Assembly (NCBI GenBank): GCA_028826165.1 | Contig: JAPDFW010000077.1 | Location: 186,001-250,000 of the forward strand | DNA: 64,000 nucleotides | Source: Anaeramoeba ignava BMAN | Taxonomy: Eukaryota > Protista > Anaeramoebae | Reading direction: 5' to 3' | Part shown: in pieces, positions 40,201 through 53,257 of the stretch | How the letters are laid out: the number at the start of each line of letters is the position of its first letter | Numbering within the stretch: the first letter of the stretch is position 1 | Notes under the pieces: model-generated | What the model saw: the letters and a program-made list of their open reading frames with translations, nothing else | The model's database searches: none | Told to the model about the DNA's origin: nothing | Translations under genes and position numbers: made by a program

Positions 40201-43200
40201 CTGCATCTGCAAATTCTTTGCATTTTTTATCCATCTTTTCAAGAACATCTTCAAGTCTCTTCTTTTTGATATCATGTAATCCAAATAAACTCTTCCAATG
40301 TTCTTTTAATTTATCCATTCGATCTTCAACTTCATCAATTTTGTGATAATTTAATTCTTTCAGTTTTTTCGCCATATCTTTTAATTTATCAATTTGTTTT
40401 TCTGAATTATCTAAATCTTTCTTGAAATTCTCCAATTTATTCATTTGGGTTTGAGCAAGATGAATTGTGTGAACATCTTCTTCAGTTTGTAAATACTTCT
40501 CTTGTTTATCAACCCATTCTTCCATTTTTCCAGCTTCTTCATGGAATTTTGTTTGGATTTCATGGCACTTTTGTTGTCTTGATAATTCATTAGCAATATC
40601 TTCTTTTCTTGAATTTTCAATTTTAATCAATTCATCCCATTTACCATTTAAATCTTTTGGTGATAATCCTTCAGGATGTTCAAATTCAGGTCTGTTATAA
40701 GGAAGTAATTTCATGTAACTGTTAATATTATCAGATAAAGTAAGTAATCCAACTTTTTGAGCTGATTTTTCTGAATGTTGAGTTCTCATATATTCAATAA
40801 ATTCTGAATCCTTGGCAATTGCACCTTCAAGAGTGTTATCAAATTCTCTTTCTTTTAATTTCTCAATAATATCATTCACTTCTTGCATCCATTTCTTTGC
40901 TTCATCTTCATAATATTTCTTTTGTTTTGATTCTTCTTCCATTGCTGAAATGTATTTCTTAACATAAACATCAACATCTTGATTTCTTTTGGCTGTCAAA
41001 GAAGATAATGTGTGTTTAGTGTATTTGTTATCAACAATTCCCATTTCTCTTAATTCTTTATCAATTGCTGCAACTTTAGCTAATTCTTCTTTGCTTGGAT
41101 TTCCTTCTTGATAAACTTCTTTAATTGCTTCAATTAATGGTTCAGGTTCTCCAGTTAATGAATTGATTTCTTCAACATGTTTTTCAAGGTATTTAAGGAA
41201 TTCTTCAGCTGCATCTGCAAATTCTTTGCATTTTTTATCCATCTTTTCAAGAACATCTTCAAGTCTCTTCTTTTTGATATCATGTAATCCAAATAAACTC
41301 TTCCAATGTTCTTTTAATTTATCCATTCGATCTTCAACTTCATCAATTTTGTGATAATTTAATTCTTTCAATTCTTTTGCCATATCTTTTAATTTATCAA
41401 TTTGTTTTTCTGAATGATCTAAATCTTTCTTGAAATTCTCCAATTTATTCATTTGGGTTTGAGCAAGATGAATTGTATGAACATCTTCTTCAGTTTGTAA
41501 ATATTTCTCTTGTTTATCAACCCATTTCTCTAATTTTCCAGCTTCTTCATGGAATTTTGTTTGGATTTCATGGCACTTCTCTTGTCTTGTTAATTCATTA
41601 TCAATATCTTCTTTTCTTGAATTTTCAACATCAACCAATTCATCCCATTTGTCATTTAAATCTTTTGGTGATAATCCTTCAGGATGTTCAAATTCAGGTC
41701 TGTGATAAGGAAGAGATTTCATGTAACTGTTAATATTATCAGATAAAGTAAGTAATCCAACTTTTTGAGCTGATTTTTCTGGATGTTGAGTGCTCATATA
41801 TTCAATAAATTCTGAATCCTTGGCAATTGCTCCTTCAAGAGTGTTATCAAATTCTCTTTCTTTCAATTTCTCAATAATATCATTCACTTCTTTCATCCAT
41901 TTCTTTGCTTCATCTTCATAATATTTCTTTTGTTTTGATTCTTCTTCCAATGAGGAGATATAATCCTTCACATGGACATCAACATCTTTATTTCTTTTGG
42001 CTGTCAAAGAAGGTAATGTGTGTTTGGTGTATTTGTTATCAGCAATTCCCATTTTCTTCATTTCAGCATCAATTTTGGCAACTTTTTCCAATTCTTCTTT
42101 GCTTGGATTTCCTTCTTGATGAACACCTTTAATAGCTTCAATTAATGGTTCAGGTTCTCCAGTTAATGAATTGATTTCCTCAACATGTTTTTCAAGATAT
42201 TTAAGGAAGTCTTCAGCTGCATCTGCAAATTCTTTTCTTTTCTTATCCATTTCGATTTGTCTTTGAAGCTCCTTTTCATATGCTTCATCTCTCTTAGCGA
42301 GTTCATCATTAAGATTCTTATTGAAATCCTCGATATTTTCCATTTTGATTGCTGAGTATCTGTTGTCCTTGACATCCAAATCTTCCATCTTTTTCCAGAT
42401 ATCCTTCAGCTTATCGAGTTTTTTCTCGGATTTCTTCTTTGCTTCCTGGGAGTTGTTATCCATGGGCTCCTTGTATTTCTGGACAGCCTCAAGAGTATCT
42501 CCGAATTCATAAACACTGACATCATCGCAAGTATTCTTAACCCATCTGTTGTAGTTCTTGGCCTTTTTCGCCCATTTCTTTCGAAGGTCTTCTTTCAATT
42601 CCTCGCGTTTTTTGTCTTCTTCCAATTTTTTGCGGAGTTTCTCAGCAAGATCCTTAAGTTCGTCCCAATTCCCAGTAAGTTCGTCCATTTTGTTTTGGAT
42701 TTCATCCTTATCTTTATAATTTTCGTTGATGATCTTGTTTCCGATGACCATGACCTCCTCAAGACGGGGTTTGCTGCGGTCGTATTCATCATCATAGGCA
42801 TCGAGCTGCTTGAGTTCCTGGTTGGCAGCAATTAAAGTGGAAACTTCATGGGGAGATGTCAACTGATTTTTCTTGTCTTGGTAAAACTTCTTGAGTTTTT
42901 TGACTTTGTTGTTGAAATTGGCAAGAAGCGCTTCAAGACGTTCCTGACGGGCGAGCTCGTCGCGAAGGAGCCTGTCTCTTTCCTTTTCAGCATTTTCCAA
43001 TTCCTCCCATTTTCCCTGAATATTCTCAATAGTGGGTCCTTTCGGGATGAAAGGGGGTCTGTTATTAGCCTCAAGTTTTCTTGCGATTGTATTATAAAGT
43101 GATTCCAAGTTGCTCTTGTCGGTTACTTTTGGGGGTTTCTCGTTCTTTTTGTAATCGTCGAATTCGTCGATTAATTTCTCGATTTCTTCTTTTGTGTTTC

Positions 43201-44265
43201 CGAAATCGTGGTTTTGCAAATCTTTGGTTTTATCGACGATCCATTTCATTAGCTCTTCACCTAATGTTTCATAATCAGCCTTCAATTCATCGTTTGTTTT
43301 TGTGAAATCCATCAATTTGCCAATTCTTCGTGCCGCGTTTTGTTGTTTTTGTCCGGATGAGAAGTATTGGAAATATTCAGCCAAATAAGTCATGACAGCT
43401 TTTTCATCAGGAATTTCAGTAAGCATATCTTCAACATCCAAAAACCGATCAATTCCAAGTTGATTTGCTGCTTCAAAAGCGGTTTCCAAATTATCGGCTG
43501 GATTTTTTGGATCGAGTGAGTTGTAGTCAACAGCGGACGGTTTGTTATGATGAATAATTGCTGCAAATGCTAATCCATCTTTCCAACTTGTTGTGAAATT
43601 GCGAACGTTTACATTTGCATATCCTTGTGTTTGTTTTTTGCACCATAAAAGAAGTGCTTCTTTGGCTGTCATTTCCTCAACAGAAATTTCTTCAATAGAG
43701 CATTTCATGATAATTGTCCAAACAAATCCGAGAATTAATTTCAAGTTCTTATCAACAATATCTTCAGGTCCAATACTTGTAAATTCGAATTTCTTAGAAG
43801 TTTGAATTTTCTCAATTGCAATTTTTAAATTTTCAATTTTTTGAATTCTTATTCTTGGTCTTCGGTTGTATTTTGGAATTCTATTTAATAAAAAAAAGCA
43901 AAAAAAAAATAAAAAAAGCAAAAAAATATATTAAAAAATTTTTTTTAAGTCCGTTTTTGTTGATTTAAATTTTTTATTTTTTAAATTTTATTTACGTTTC
44001 TCCAGTTACTAATTCAACAAATTTTACAACTTTTAATCCATCTTCAAGTCCTTCTTGTAAATCTGTAATTGATTCTCCAATTTTTTTCAAATGTTTATTG
44101 AACCATCTTGTGAAAGTCTATTATTATTTTTTATTTTTTTATTTTATTTTTTTTATTAAAAGAAAAAAAAAAAAGCAAAAAATTTTTTATATTAAATTTA
44201 TTTACCTTTTGTTGCATTTTAACCCAATCGGGTAAAACTTCTGGTTGTTTGCCTCTTCTTGACAT
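34274..44265 (-). CDS. Giant alpha-actinin/spectrin-like protein, ~3218 aa; exons 44265-44206, 44117-43996, 43880-35841 (one extra base near 36963), 35709-34274
   Basis: QQKTFTRWFNKHL (CH1) and AKEALLLWC..NFTTSWKDGLAFAAII (CH2), a long run of spectrin-type repeats, and C-terminal EF hands (EFREVFDHF; ETDKSGKMEFDEF). The three ORFs join through one frameshift and GT-AG introns. Confidence 0.9.
36190..42240 (-). repeat. Six tandem 1008-nt (336-aa) coding units in the giant actinin
   Basis: K(R/C)KEFADAAE(E/D)FLKYLEKHVEEIN recurs six times. Antisense ORFs at 37131, 38139, 39147, 40155 and 41163 are exactly 1008 nt apart. Confidence 0.97.
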
Positions 44266-44539
44266 TTCTTTTTCTATTTTTTTTTATTATTATTTATTAA
44301 AAGAAAAAAAAAATTTTTTAAAATTAAAATTAAAATAAAAATATAAATTAAAAATTTAACTATTACTAATTAAATGAAAAAGAAAAAAAAATGATTTTGG
44401 GATTAATTAAAAAATTAATTAAAAAAATTTTTTTTTTTTATTTTTTTTTTTTTGCTTTTTCTTTTTAAAAAAAATTCAATTAAAAAAAAAAAATGATCAT
44501 TTTAATTTTTCTTATTGTGAAAAAAAAGATTAAAAAATC

Positions 44540-45495
44540 TAAATAAAAAATCTAAATAAAAAAATATAAATATAAATATAAATATAAATATCAATATAAA
44601 TATAAATATAAATATAAATATAAATATAAATATAAATATAAATATAAATATAAATATAAATATAAATATAAATATAAATATAAATATAAATATAAATATA
44701 AATATAAATATAGTGGAATAAAAATTGGAATAAAAAGTGGAATAAAAATAAATAAAAAATATAAATATAAATCAAAATATAAATATAAATATAAATATAA
44801 ATATAAATATAAATATAAATCTAAATATAATTATAAATATAAATATAAATTGGAATAAAAAGTGGAATAATAAATATAAATATAAATATAAATATAAATA
44901 TAAATATAAATATAAATATAAATATAAATAAAAATCAAAAATATAAAATATAAATCAAAAAATATAAATAAAAATATAAATATAAAATAAAAATAAATAA
45001 ATATAAAATATAAAATATAAATATAAAATATAAATATAAATATAAATATAAATATAAATATAAATATAAATATAAATATAAAATATAAATATAAATATAA
45101 ATATAAATATAACATAAATATAAATATAAATATAAATATAAATATAAATATAAATATAAATATAAATATAAATATAAATATAAATATAAATATAAATATA
45201 AATATAAATATAAATATAAATATAAATATAAATATAAATATAAATATAAATATAAATATAAATCCAAAATAAAAAAAATCTAAATATAAATATAAATAAA
45301 AAATATAAATATAAATATAAATATAAATATAAATATAAATCTAAATATTATAATTATAAATATAAATATAAATATAAATCTAAATCTAAATATAAATATA
45401 AATATAAATATAAATATAAATAAAAATATAAATATAAATAAAAATATAAATATAAATTGGAATAAAAATTGGAATAAAAATATAAATATAATAAA
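44540..45495. repeat. (ATATAA)n microsatellite with embedded (G/T)TGGAATAA motifs
   Basis: Hexamer array visible directly. Confidence 0.93.
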
Positions 45496-45581
45496 GATTC
45501 CTTCCATTTTTTATTCGGAAAAGAAACGAAAAGAAAAGAAAAAGAAAAGAAAAAAAAATCATTTCTTCTTTTTGATCTTAA

Positions 45582-48500
45582 TCATCTTAAATTGTGTGCT
45601 TGATCAGAATTCTTTGAAATAGACCCAGAATTCACAGGATTACCATTGGAATCAGTTCCAAAATACCATTCTTTTTCATGTTTTTCATTTCCATTTTCAT
45701 TTTCATTTTCATTTTCATTTTCATTTTCATTTTCATTTTCATTTTCATTTTCATTTTCATTTTCATTTTCATTTTCATTTTCATTTTCATTTTCATTTTC
45801 ATTTTCATTTTCATTTTCATTTTCATTTTCATTTTCATTTTCATTTTCAAAATTCAAATAAACGAATAAAATTCAAATCTCCATTAACATATTCTTCAAT
45901 TAATTGAGATAAACCTTTTTCATTCAAAACTTGTTTGTTTTCATTCTCATCAAAAAATCCAATTTGAGAACAAGAAAATAATTCTTCTAAATCTTCAACA
46001 GAAACTTTTTTGTCAATATCACGATAGAAAATTTGTTTTGAATTATTAGTAAATTTAACCCTAATCTTGGCAAAAGAAGATTTCCTAAAAGCTAATTTTT
46101 CAAGATAAACCAATCTATCAAGAGATTTCTGTTGAGCAACTTGTATTTTTGATGTATTATTTTCATTCTGAGTTTTTGATGTATTATTTTCATTCGAACT
46201 TTTCGGGAATTGGACCAAAGTTAATTTTCTTTCAAAAGAAGGATTTGGAGATTTAGTTTTTTCATTTGTATTTTCATTTGTATTTTCATTTGTTTTTTCA
46301 TTTGTTTTTTCATTTGTTTTTTCATTTGTTTTTTCATTTGTATTTTCATTTGTATTTTCATTTGGTAAATGTCCCCATTCAGTTTCAAAATGAGATTTAT
46401 TTTTATAAAATTTTTTTTCAATATCCTCAATAGTTTCAAGATTAAAATAAGTTTCTTTGCGTTGGAAAGAAAGATTATTTTTGGATGTTTGATTTTCCAA
46501 CTTAGTGAGACGATGATCCTTCTTCATTCCTAAATTCATCATTTTTCTTTGATTTAAAGCTTGAATTTGGATTTGCTTTTGTTTTTGAATTTGTTGTTGA
46601 ATTTCTTCTTGTTTTTGTTTTAGTTCTTCTTGTTGAATCAAAATTTTATCTTCATTTGTATTTTTTACATCATCCTCAATTTCTGTTGGAATTTCCACCA
46701 TTTCAAAATCTTCAAATTCTCCAAAAGAATCTTCTGTTTTTTGTTCCTCTTCTTTTTCAGATGGTGTTTCAACTAACGTTAATCCCTTTTTATATTTGGG
46801 ATCAAATTCAAAAACATTGTTTCCAAGTGTTCCTCCAAATAGGACTATTCTTGAATCTTGTTCTTTTTCATAAAGAACTGCTGAATGACGTGATCTTTGT
46901 TGTGGTTTTTCGCCAATTTCGTTAACTTCATTCCATTTAGCTGACTGGAAATCAAGTGCAAGAACATCCGAAAAGGCTTCAAGTGCAGCTTGGCCTCCAA
47001 AAACCCATAATTTTTCATCAAACACGATTGCTTTCATGTTGAAGGAAAAGTTTTAATTATTTTGATTATTTTTGATTATTTTTTTAAAAAATTACATGAA
47101 TGGAAAAATCTTGATTTTAGTGTTTCTCCCTTTATATCAGCTTCATAGAAAATATTTTTATCTTTCAATGAGAAAAGATCATAAAAAAATTTAGAAATGA
47201 GAATAAAAAAAAACTTTTTTTTTTTCCAATTAAATTTTCAAATATACCAAGATCATAAACCCAAACATCATGAAAAATATTTGTTTTTGCTGATCCGCCA
47301 ATAATAACCAATTGAAAACCAAAAAAGCTTGAAGAATGCCAAGCTCTTGGTGAAGGAATGGATCCTTCAGTTTCAATTTTAAACCATGTTATTTTCTCAA
47401 AAGAAGTTGTATCAAGACAATAAAAATCCTGTAAAAATTCACAAGAAGAAGATCTTCCTCCAAAAATCCAAATTTGATTTGCAATTACAGATGCAGAATG
47501 CGCGTATCTTGGTTCTGGAGGTGCTCCAATAACTTCAGGATCATTGACCCATGTTTTTGTTTCTGAAATTTTTTTATTTTAATTTTTAAAATTTAATTTC
47601 AAAAAATTTATACCAATTTCATAAATGTGCAAATCTCCAAATTTTTCTTCATCTCCTTCTCCTCCAAAAATATATAAACGATTTTCAATATTTGATAAAG
47701 AACAACAAACACGAGGTTTTGGTGGATTTCCTTTTTCAGGAATAACCGTTTTCCATTCATAAGTTTCTAAATTAACACAATTTGCGAATTGAGAAATAAT
47801 TGTGAATTTTTGAATTTTAGATTTTCAAAAATATAAGATAAAAATATACCTAAATAATATTGATACAAAGTATTTGTTTTTTGGAATTTAATCTCAAATT
47901 GATCCTGATATTGTTCAATTGGATATTCACCTCCAAAAATATACATAGTATCCCCAATAATACAAGCTTGATGTCTTTGTAACTCCTCAGGAACTTCTCC
48001 ATAACTTGGAAGTTTGTTCCATTTAATTGTATCTTAATAATATCAAATTGAATAAACGAAATTTATTTTTGTATTTTTTAAATAAAAATTTCTTGTTTTC
48101 ATGTTTGGGTCAAAAATACCAAGATATGTATTTTTCAATTCATTAATCGCTTCATCAAATAAACTTTTCCATTCTTCAGCTGTCTTTAAATCCTGAAATT
48201 TTAAAATGAATGTTTGATGCTCAGTTTTTAATTGGAATGAACTGCTGTGTTCTGATGATCTTTTTGTTTTAGTTTCTCGGAGTGGAACAATTAATTCTGT
48301 ATGAAAAGTCAAATCTTTAGCGACTGAAGTGAACAAAACACAATCACTAAATAAAAAACATCTGTATTTCCCAGGTGATTCTGTTCCAGTAAGCTCAAGT
48401 GAAACATCCTTTAAAAAAGTTCTTGAAAGCGAGAAAACTTCCTAAAAAGAAAATCAAATTTAATATTAATAATAATAATAAAACAAATTTATTACAAATC

Positions 48501-49337
48501 CTTTAATTAATGATCGAATTGAAAGAAGTTTTTTCACTCTTTCTTGATCTCTCTTTTTTTGGTTAATTCTTTCAGCAACTTCTCGAACTTTAAGAAGTGA
48601 TTTCTCGAAATATTGAAAATCGACATGATTTGGATTCGAATTTTTCACAATTTCCTGAATATTTTTTGTTTAAAAATAAAAGTAAGAAAAAATAACATAA
48701 GGATCGAATTAAAATGTAATTAATAAACAGACATTAAATAAGAGGACATATCGGGGAATTCTTTGGATAGGTGTTATGAGTAAAGCTGTGAGATTTAAGC
48801 CTTGAAGTTCTTGAGAAGATTCAACTTTTTCAAGAAACTTATGGAAACTTCGATTTTTTCTACTTTCATTAAGAACAAATTGAGATTCATCATAATTATT
48901 AACATATTCTATATAAATTTTTAAAAAAGGGATAATTTGAATAATAATATCTCCATAATAAGTTTTGGTTGGATCATATCTCCTGGTTCGTAATTGATTG
49001 AGGAACTCTTCGCTAATTCCATATATAACTTCTACATTTGAAAAAATTGTTCGGATTGTTTCGTTTGGTAATACTTTTTTTTCTTGAATTGGATTCTTAA
49101 AATGTTTAATTATTAAATCGAGTTGTTTTAGAAATCTTGCTTCGGTTTCAATTAATTCTTCAAATGCTCTTTTTCTTGTTCTTTCTCTTAAAAAGCTTTC
49201 TATTTTTTTTTTTTTGATGAATTGATTTTGCTTTTTTTTTTTAGAATTTAGAATTTACTTCCTTTCACGAATTTTCTCACAAGAAATCCTCTACAAATTT
49301 TTTGTATTTTTATAGCAGAATTATTTTGTTCATTCAT
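45582..49337 (-). CDS. IQ - RhoGEF(DH) - PH - Kelch - PB1-like protein, ~999 aa; exons 49337-49259, 49199-48733, 48654-48496, 48441-48120, 48032-47850, 47766-47614, 47562-47248, 47161-47096, 47030-45864, 45670-45582
   Basis: AIKIQKICRGFLVRK (IQ); EELIETEARF...LITPIQRIPRYVLL (DH); CFLFSDCVLF (PH); several (Y/W)IFGG Kelch blades. Exon lengths sum to 3000 nt. Confidence 0.85.
45693..45848. repeat. (CATTTT)n microsatellite inside predicted last intron (45671-45863) of the GEF gene
   Basis: Perfect hexamer run flanked by a GTTTAT donor and an AAAAAG acceptor. Confidence 0.85.
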
Positions 49338-49474
49338 TTTTGGAAAGAAAAAAAATGAAAAAATAAAAAAAATGGAATTTTAATTTTAATTTCAAAATGA
49401 ATTTAGATTTTAATTTTAATTTTAATTTTAATTTTAATTTTAATTTTAATTTTAATTTTGATTTTGATTTTAAT

Positions 49475-49777
49475 TGAAAATAATCAATTCCAGTTTCTAA
49501 TTTCATTAATAATTTCTTGTGTAATTTTAATTTCATTTTTAATTTGATTTGAATAAATCCAATATTCAAATATTTGAAATGATTTATTACTTAATTCACT
49601 ATAATCTGTAACTTTATTTGAAGTATCATTTGTTACAGATAAAAACATTCCTCGATATAATTTACTTCTCATTATTAATATTAATTTTGGAAATTTATAT
49701 TGTTTTTCTTTTCTTTCAATAATAAAATCTTTTTCATTTTCATTTAAATAAATTCTTTTCATTGTTTCTTCAATTTT
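49475..49777 (-). pseudogene. RCC1-BTB 3' fragment
   Basis: KIEETMKRIYLNENEKDFIIERKEKQYKFPKLILIMRS... near-identical to the 3' end of 57113-58873, with no 5' part and a frameshifted end. Confidence 0.85.
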
Positions 49778-49873
49778 TGTTGAGATTTGTTTTTCTTTTT
49801 ATTGATTTTGGAAAGAAAAGAAAAGAAAAGAAAAGAAAAGAAGAAAGAAATGTTTTTTGAAGTAAAAGAGGAA

Positions 49874-50251
49874 TCAAAAGAAAAATGAAAAAAGGAAAAA
49901 AACCAAAGAAAGTAAAACTGAAAATGTTGAACCTAAATTCCCAGAATCAGGAAGATTAATACATTCACCAGGAGATATATGATCTGAAGTCTCACTTCCA
50001 GTACAATCATAACTATCATATTGATAAATATAACCATAACTATCAAACTGAAACGAGGAAATGTCATGATCAATTACTGGATAGCAAACATCTGCATTAA
50101 AACTACCAGAATGAGCTTCGTTTCTGCAATCTGGTGAATAATATGATGAGTAATAAGTCACAGTAGTAACACTTATTTTATAGGAATTCTTATCCCAAGC
50201 TGAAACTAAAGAAACAAAAATCAAAAGCAAAAAAACAAATGTGGTTTTCAT
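49874..50251 (-). CDS. Small secreted GPI-anchor-like Cys/Tyr-rich protein, copy 1 (125 aa)
   Basis: Signal peptide MKTTFVFLLLIFVSLVSA, 4 Cys, and S-G-N followed by a hydrophobic C-terminal tail. Confidence 0.85.
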   Translation of the reverse strand: MKTTFVFLLLIFVSLVSAWDKNSYKISVTTVTYYSSYYSPDCRNEAHSGSFNADVCYPVIDHDISSFQFDSYGYIYQYDSYDCTGSETSDHISPGECINLPDSGNLGSTFSVLLSLVFFLFSFFF

Positions 50252-50474
50252 AAAAATAAAAAATAGTTTAAAAAAGAATGAATTCAGAATAAGACCTTTT
50301 TGTTGCTTTTTGAAAAAAAAAATTTTTTTTTCCATTTCTAACAAAAAACTTTCAAAAAAAAAATTATTTTCCTCTTTTTTTCTCCTTTTCTTTTAATTTT
50401 AATTTTAATTTTAATTTTAATTTTAATTTTGAATTTTAATTTTGATTTTAATTTGAATTTTAATTTTAATTTAA

Positions 50475-50765
50475 TTGAAAATAATCAATTCCAGTTTCTA
50501 ATTCATTAATAATTTCTTGTGTAATTTTAATTTTGATTTTGATTTTGATTTTAATAAATCCAATATTCAAATATTTGAAATGATTTATTACTTAATTCAC
50601 TATAATCTGTAACTTTATTTGAAGTATCATTTGTTACAGATAAAAACATTCCTCGATATAATTCACTTCTCATTATTAATATTAATTTTGGGAATTTATA
50701 TTGTTTTTCTTTTCTTTCAATTATAAAATCTTTTTCATTTTCATTTAAATAAATTAAAATCATTT
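50475..50765 (-). pseudogene. RCC1-BTB 3' fragment
   Basis: IYLNENEKDFIIERKEKQYKFPKLILIMRSELYRGMFL...FEYWIY* with a premature stop. Confidence 0.85.
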
Positions 50766-50907
50766 TTTAAAATTCAAATGTTTTGTTGAGATTTGTTTTT
50801 CTTTTTATTGATTTTGGAAAGAAAAAATTAATAGAAAAGAAAAGAAAAGAAAAGAAAAGAAAAGAAAAGAAGAAAGAAATGTTTTTTGAAGTAAAAAAAA
50901 AGAGGAA

Positions 50908-51279
50908 TTAAACCAAAAAGAAAAAAAGCAAAGAAACCAAAGAAAGTAAAACTGAAAATGTTGAACCTAAATTCCCAGAATTTGGAAGATTAACACAACC
51001 ATAGGCTGGGACATAAGTTGAAGTATAACTTCCAGTGCAATTATAACTATCATATGAATAAAGATAACCTGAAGTATCAGATCCAAAGGAAGAAACACCA
51101 TGATCATCAACTGGATAACAAGTATTTGCATCAAGATTGCCAGCATATGCTGGATCTACGCAATCTGAAGAATAATATTCGACTACACCAGCAGCAACAC
51201 TTATCTCAAATGAATTCTTATCCCAAGCTGAAACTAAAGAAACAAAAATCAAAAGCAAAAAAACAAATGTGGTTTTCAT
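50908..51279 (-). CDS. Small secreted GPI-anchor-like protein, copy 2 (123 aa)
   Basis: Same signal peptide, 4 Cys and GNLGSTFSVLLSLV tail as copy 1. Confidence 0.85.
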   Translation of the reverse strand: MKTTFVFLLLIFVSLVSAWDKNSFEISVAAGVVEYYSSDCVDPAYAGNLDANTCYPVDDHGVSSFGSDTSGYLYSYDSYNCTGSYTSTYVPAYGCVNLPNSGNLGSTFSVLLSLVSLLFFFLV

Positions 51280-51389
51280 TGTTTTTAAAAAATTTTCAAA
51301 GAAAAAATAAATATTTCTTTTCTTGATCCAAATTTCTTTTATCCTCTTTTTTTGTTTTTTTTGCTTTTTTTTATTTCTTTTATTTTTTA

Positions 51390-52110
<721 letters not shown>

Positions 52111-52499
52111 GTTTATTTATTTATTTTATTTATTAAATAAAGAAAAAAAAAATATTTTTTTTGAGAATTTCAAAAGACTTGAAGAAGAATAAGAAAAGAA
52201 AAATTAAAACAAAAAAAATGGATTTTTTGAATAAATAAAAGCTTTTTTTTTTTTAAAATTAAATGAAATTTAAAAAATTTTTCTTATTATTTTTCTTTTT
52301 CTCATTTCTAAAAATATTGGAAAAAAAACAATGAAAATTTTATTTTAATAAATTACTTAGCAAATTTTTTTTTCTTTTTAAAAAAATTCCAAATAAAAAT
52401 CGATTATTGAACATTGATTTAATTGGAAATAGTCTTTTATATCTTTCAATTTTGTAATAATTAAATCCTTAATTTCTTTAATTTCTTAAAAATCATCAA

Positions 52500-52780
52500 A
52501 TTGAATAATTTCTTGTGTAATTTGAATTTCATCTTTAATTTGATTTGAATAAATCCAATATTCAAATATTTGAAATGATTTATTACTTAATTCACTATAA
52601 TCTGTAACTTTATTTAGATGTATCATTTGTTACAGATAAAAACATTCCTCGATATAATTTACTTCTCATTATTAATATCAATTTTGGAAATTTATATTGT
52701 TTTTCTTTTCTTTCAATAATAAAATCTTTTTCATTTTCATTTTCATTTAAATAAATTCTTTTCATTGTTTCTTCAATTTT
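52500..52780 (-). pseudogene. RCC1-BTB 3' fragment
   Basis: Begins KIEETMKRIYLNENENEKDF..., as in the other fragments. Confidence 0.82.
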
Positions 52781-52885
52781 TGTTAAGATTTGTTTTTCTT
52801 TTTATTGATTTTAGAAAGAAAAGAAAAGAAAAGAAAAGAAAAGAAAAGAAGAAAGAAATGTTTTTTGAAGTAAAAAAAAGAAGAA

Positions 52886-53257
52886 TCAAAAGAAAAATGA
52901 AAAAAGTAAAGAAACCAAAGAAAGTAAAACTGAAAATGTTGAACCTAAATTCCCAGAATTTGTAAAATTAAAGCATTCTCCACTTGTTATTTGATTTGTG
53001 GTATAACTTCCAGTGCAATTATCACTATCATATGAATAAAGATAACCTGAAGTATTAGACATAATCGAGGAAATATTATGATCAATAACGGCATAGCAAG
53101 TATGAGCCATAAGAGAAGCAACATATGCTTGATTAGTGCAAGTTGAGGAATAAAATTCGATTACGCTTGCATTAACACTTGTCTCAAATGAATTCTTATC
53201 CCAAGCTGAAGCTAAAGAAACAAAAATCAAAAGCAAAAAAACAAAATTTGCCTTCAT
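52886..53257 (-). CDS. Small secreted GPI-anchor-like protein, copy 3 (123 aa)
   Basis: MKANFVFLLLIFVSLASAWDKNS...4 Cys...GNLGSTFSVLLSLV. Confidence 0.85.
   Translation of the reverse strand: MKANFVFLLLIFVSLASAWDKNSFETSVNASVIEFYSSTCTNQAYVASLMAHTCYAVIDHNISSIMSNTSGYLYSYDSDNCTGSYTTNQITSGECFNFTNSGNLGSTFSVLLSLVSLLFSFFF

Noticed and set aside
37131-41354. Repeated 63-aa plus-strand ORFs
   Set aside because: Antisense shadows of the 1008-nt coding repeat.
45582-45857. Poly-(EN) coding tail reached by frameshift
   Set aside because: A GT-AG intron (45863-45671) removes the tract and restores frame exactly.
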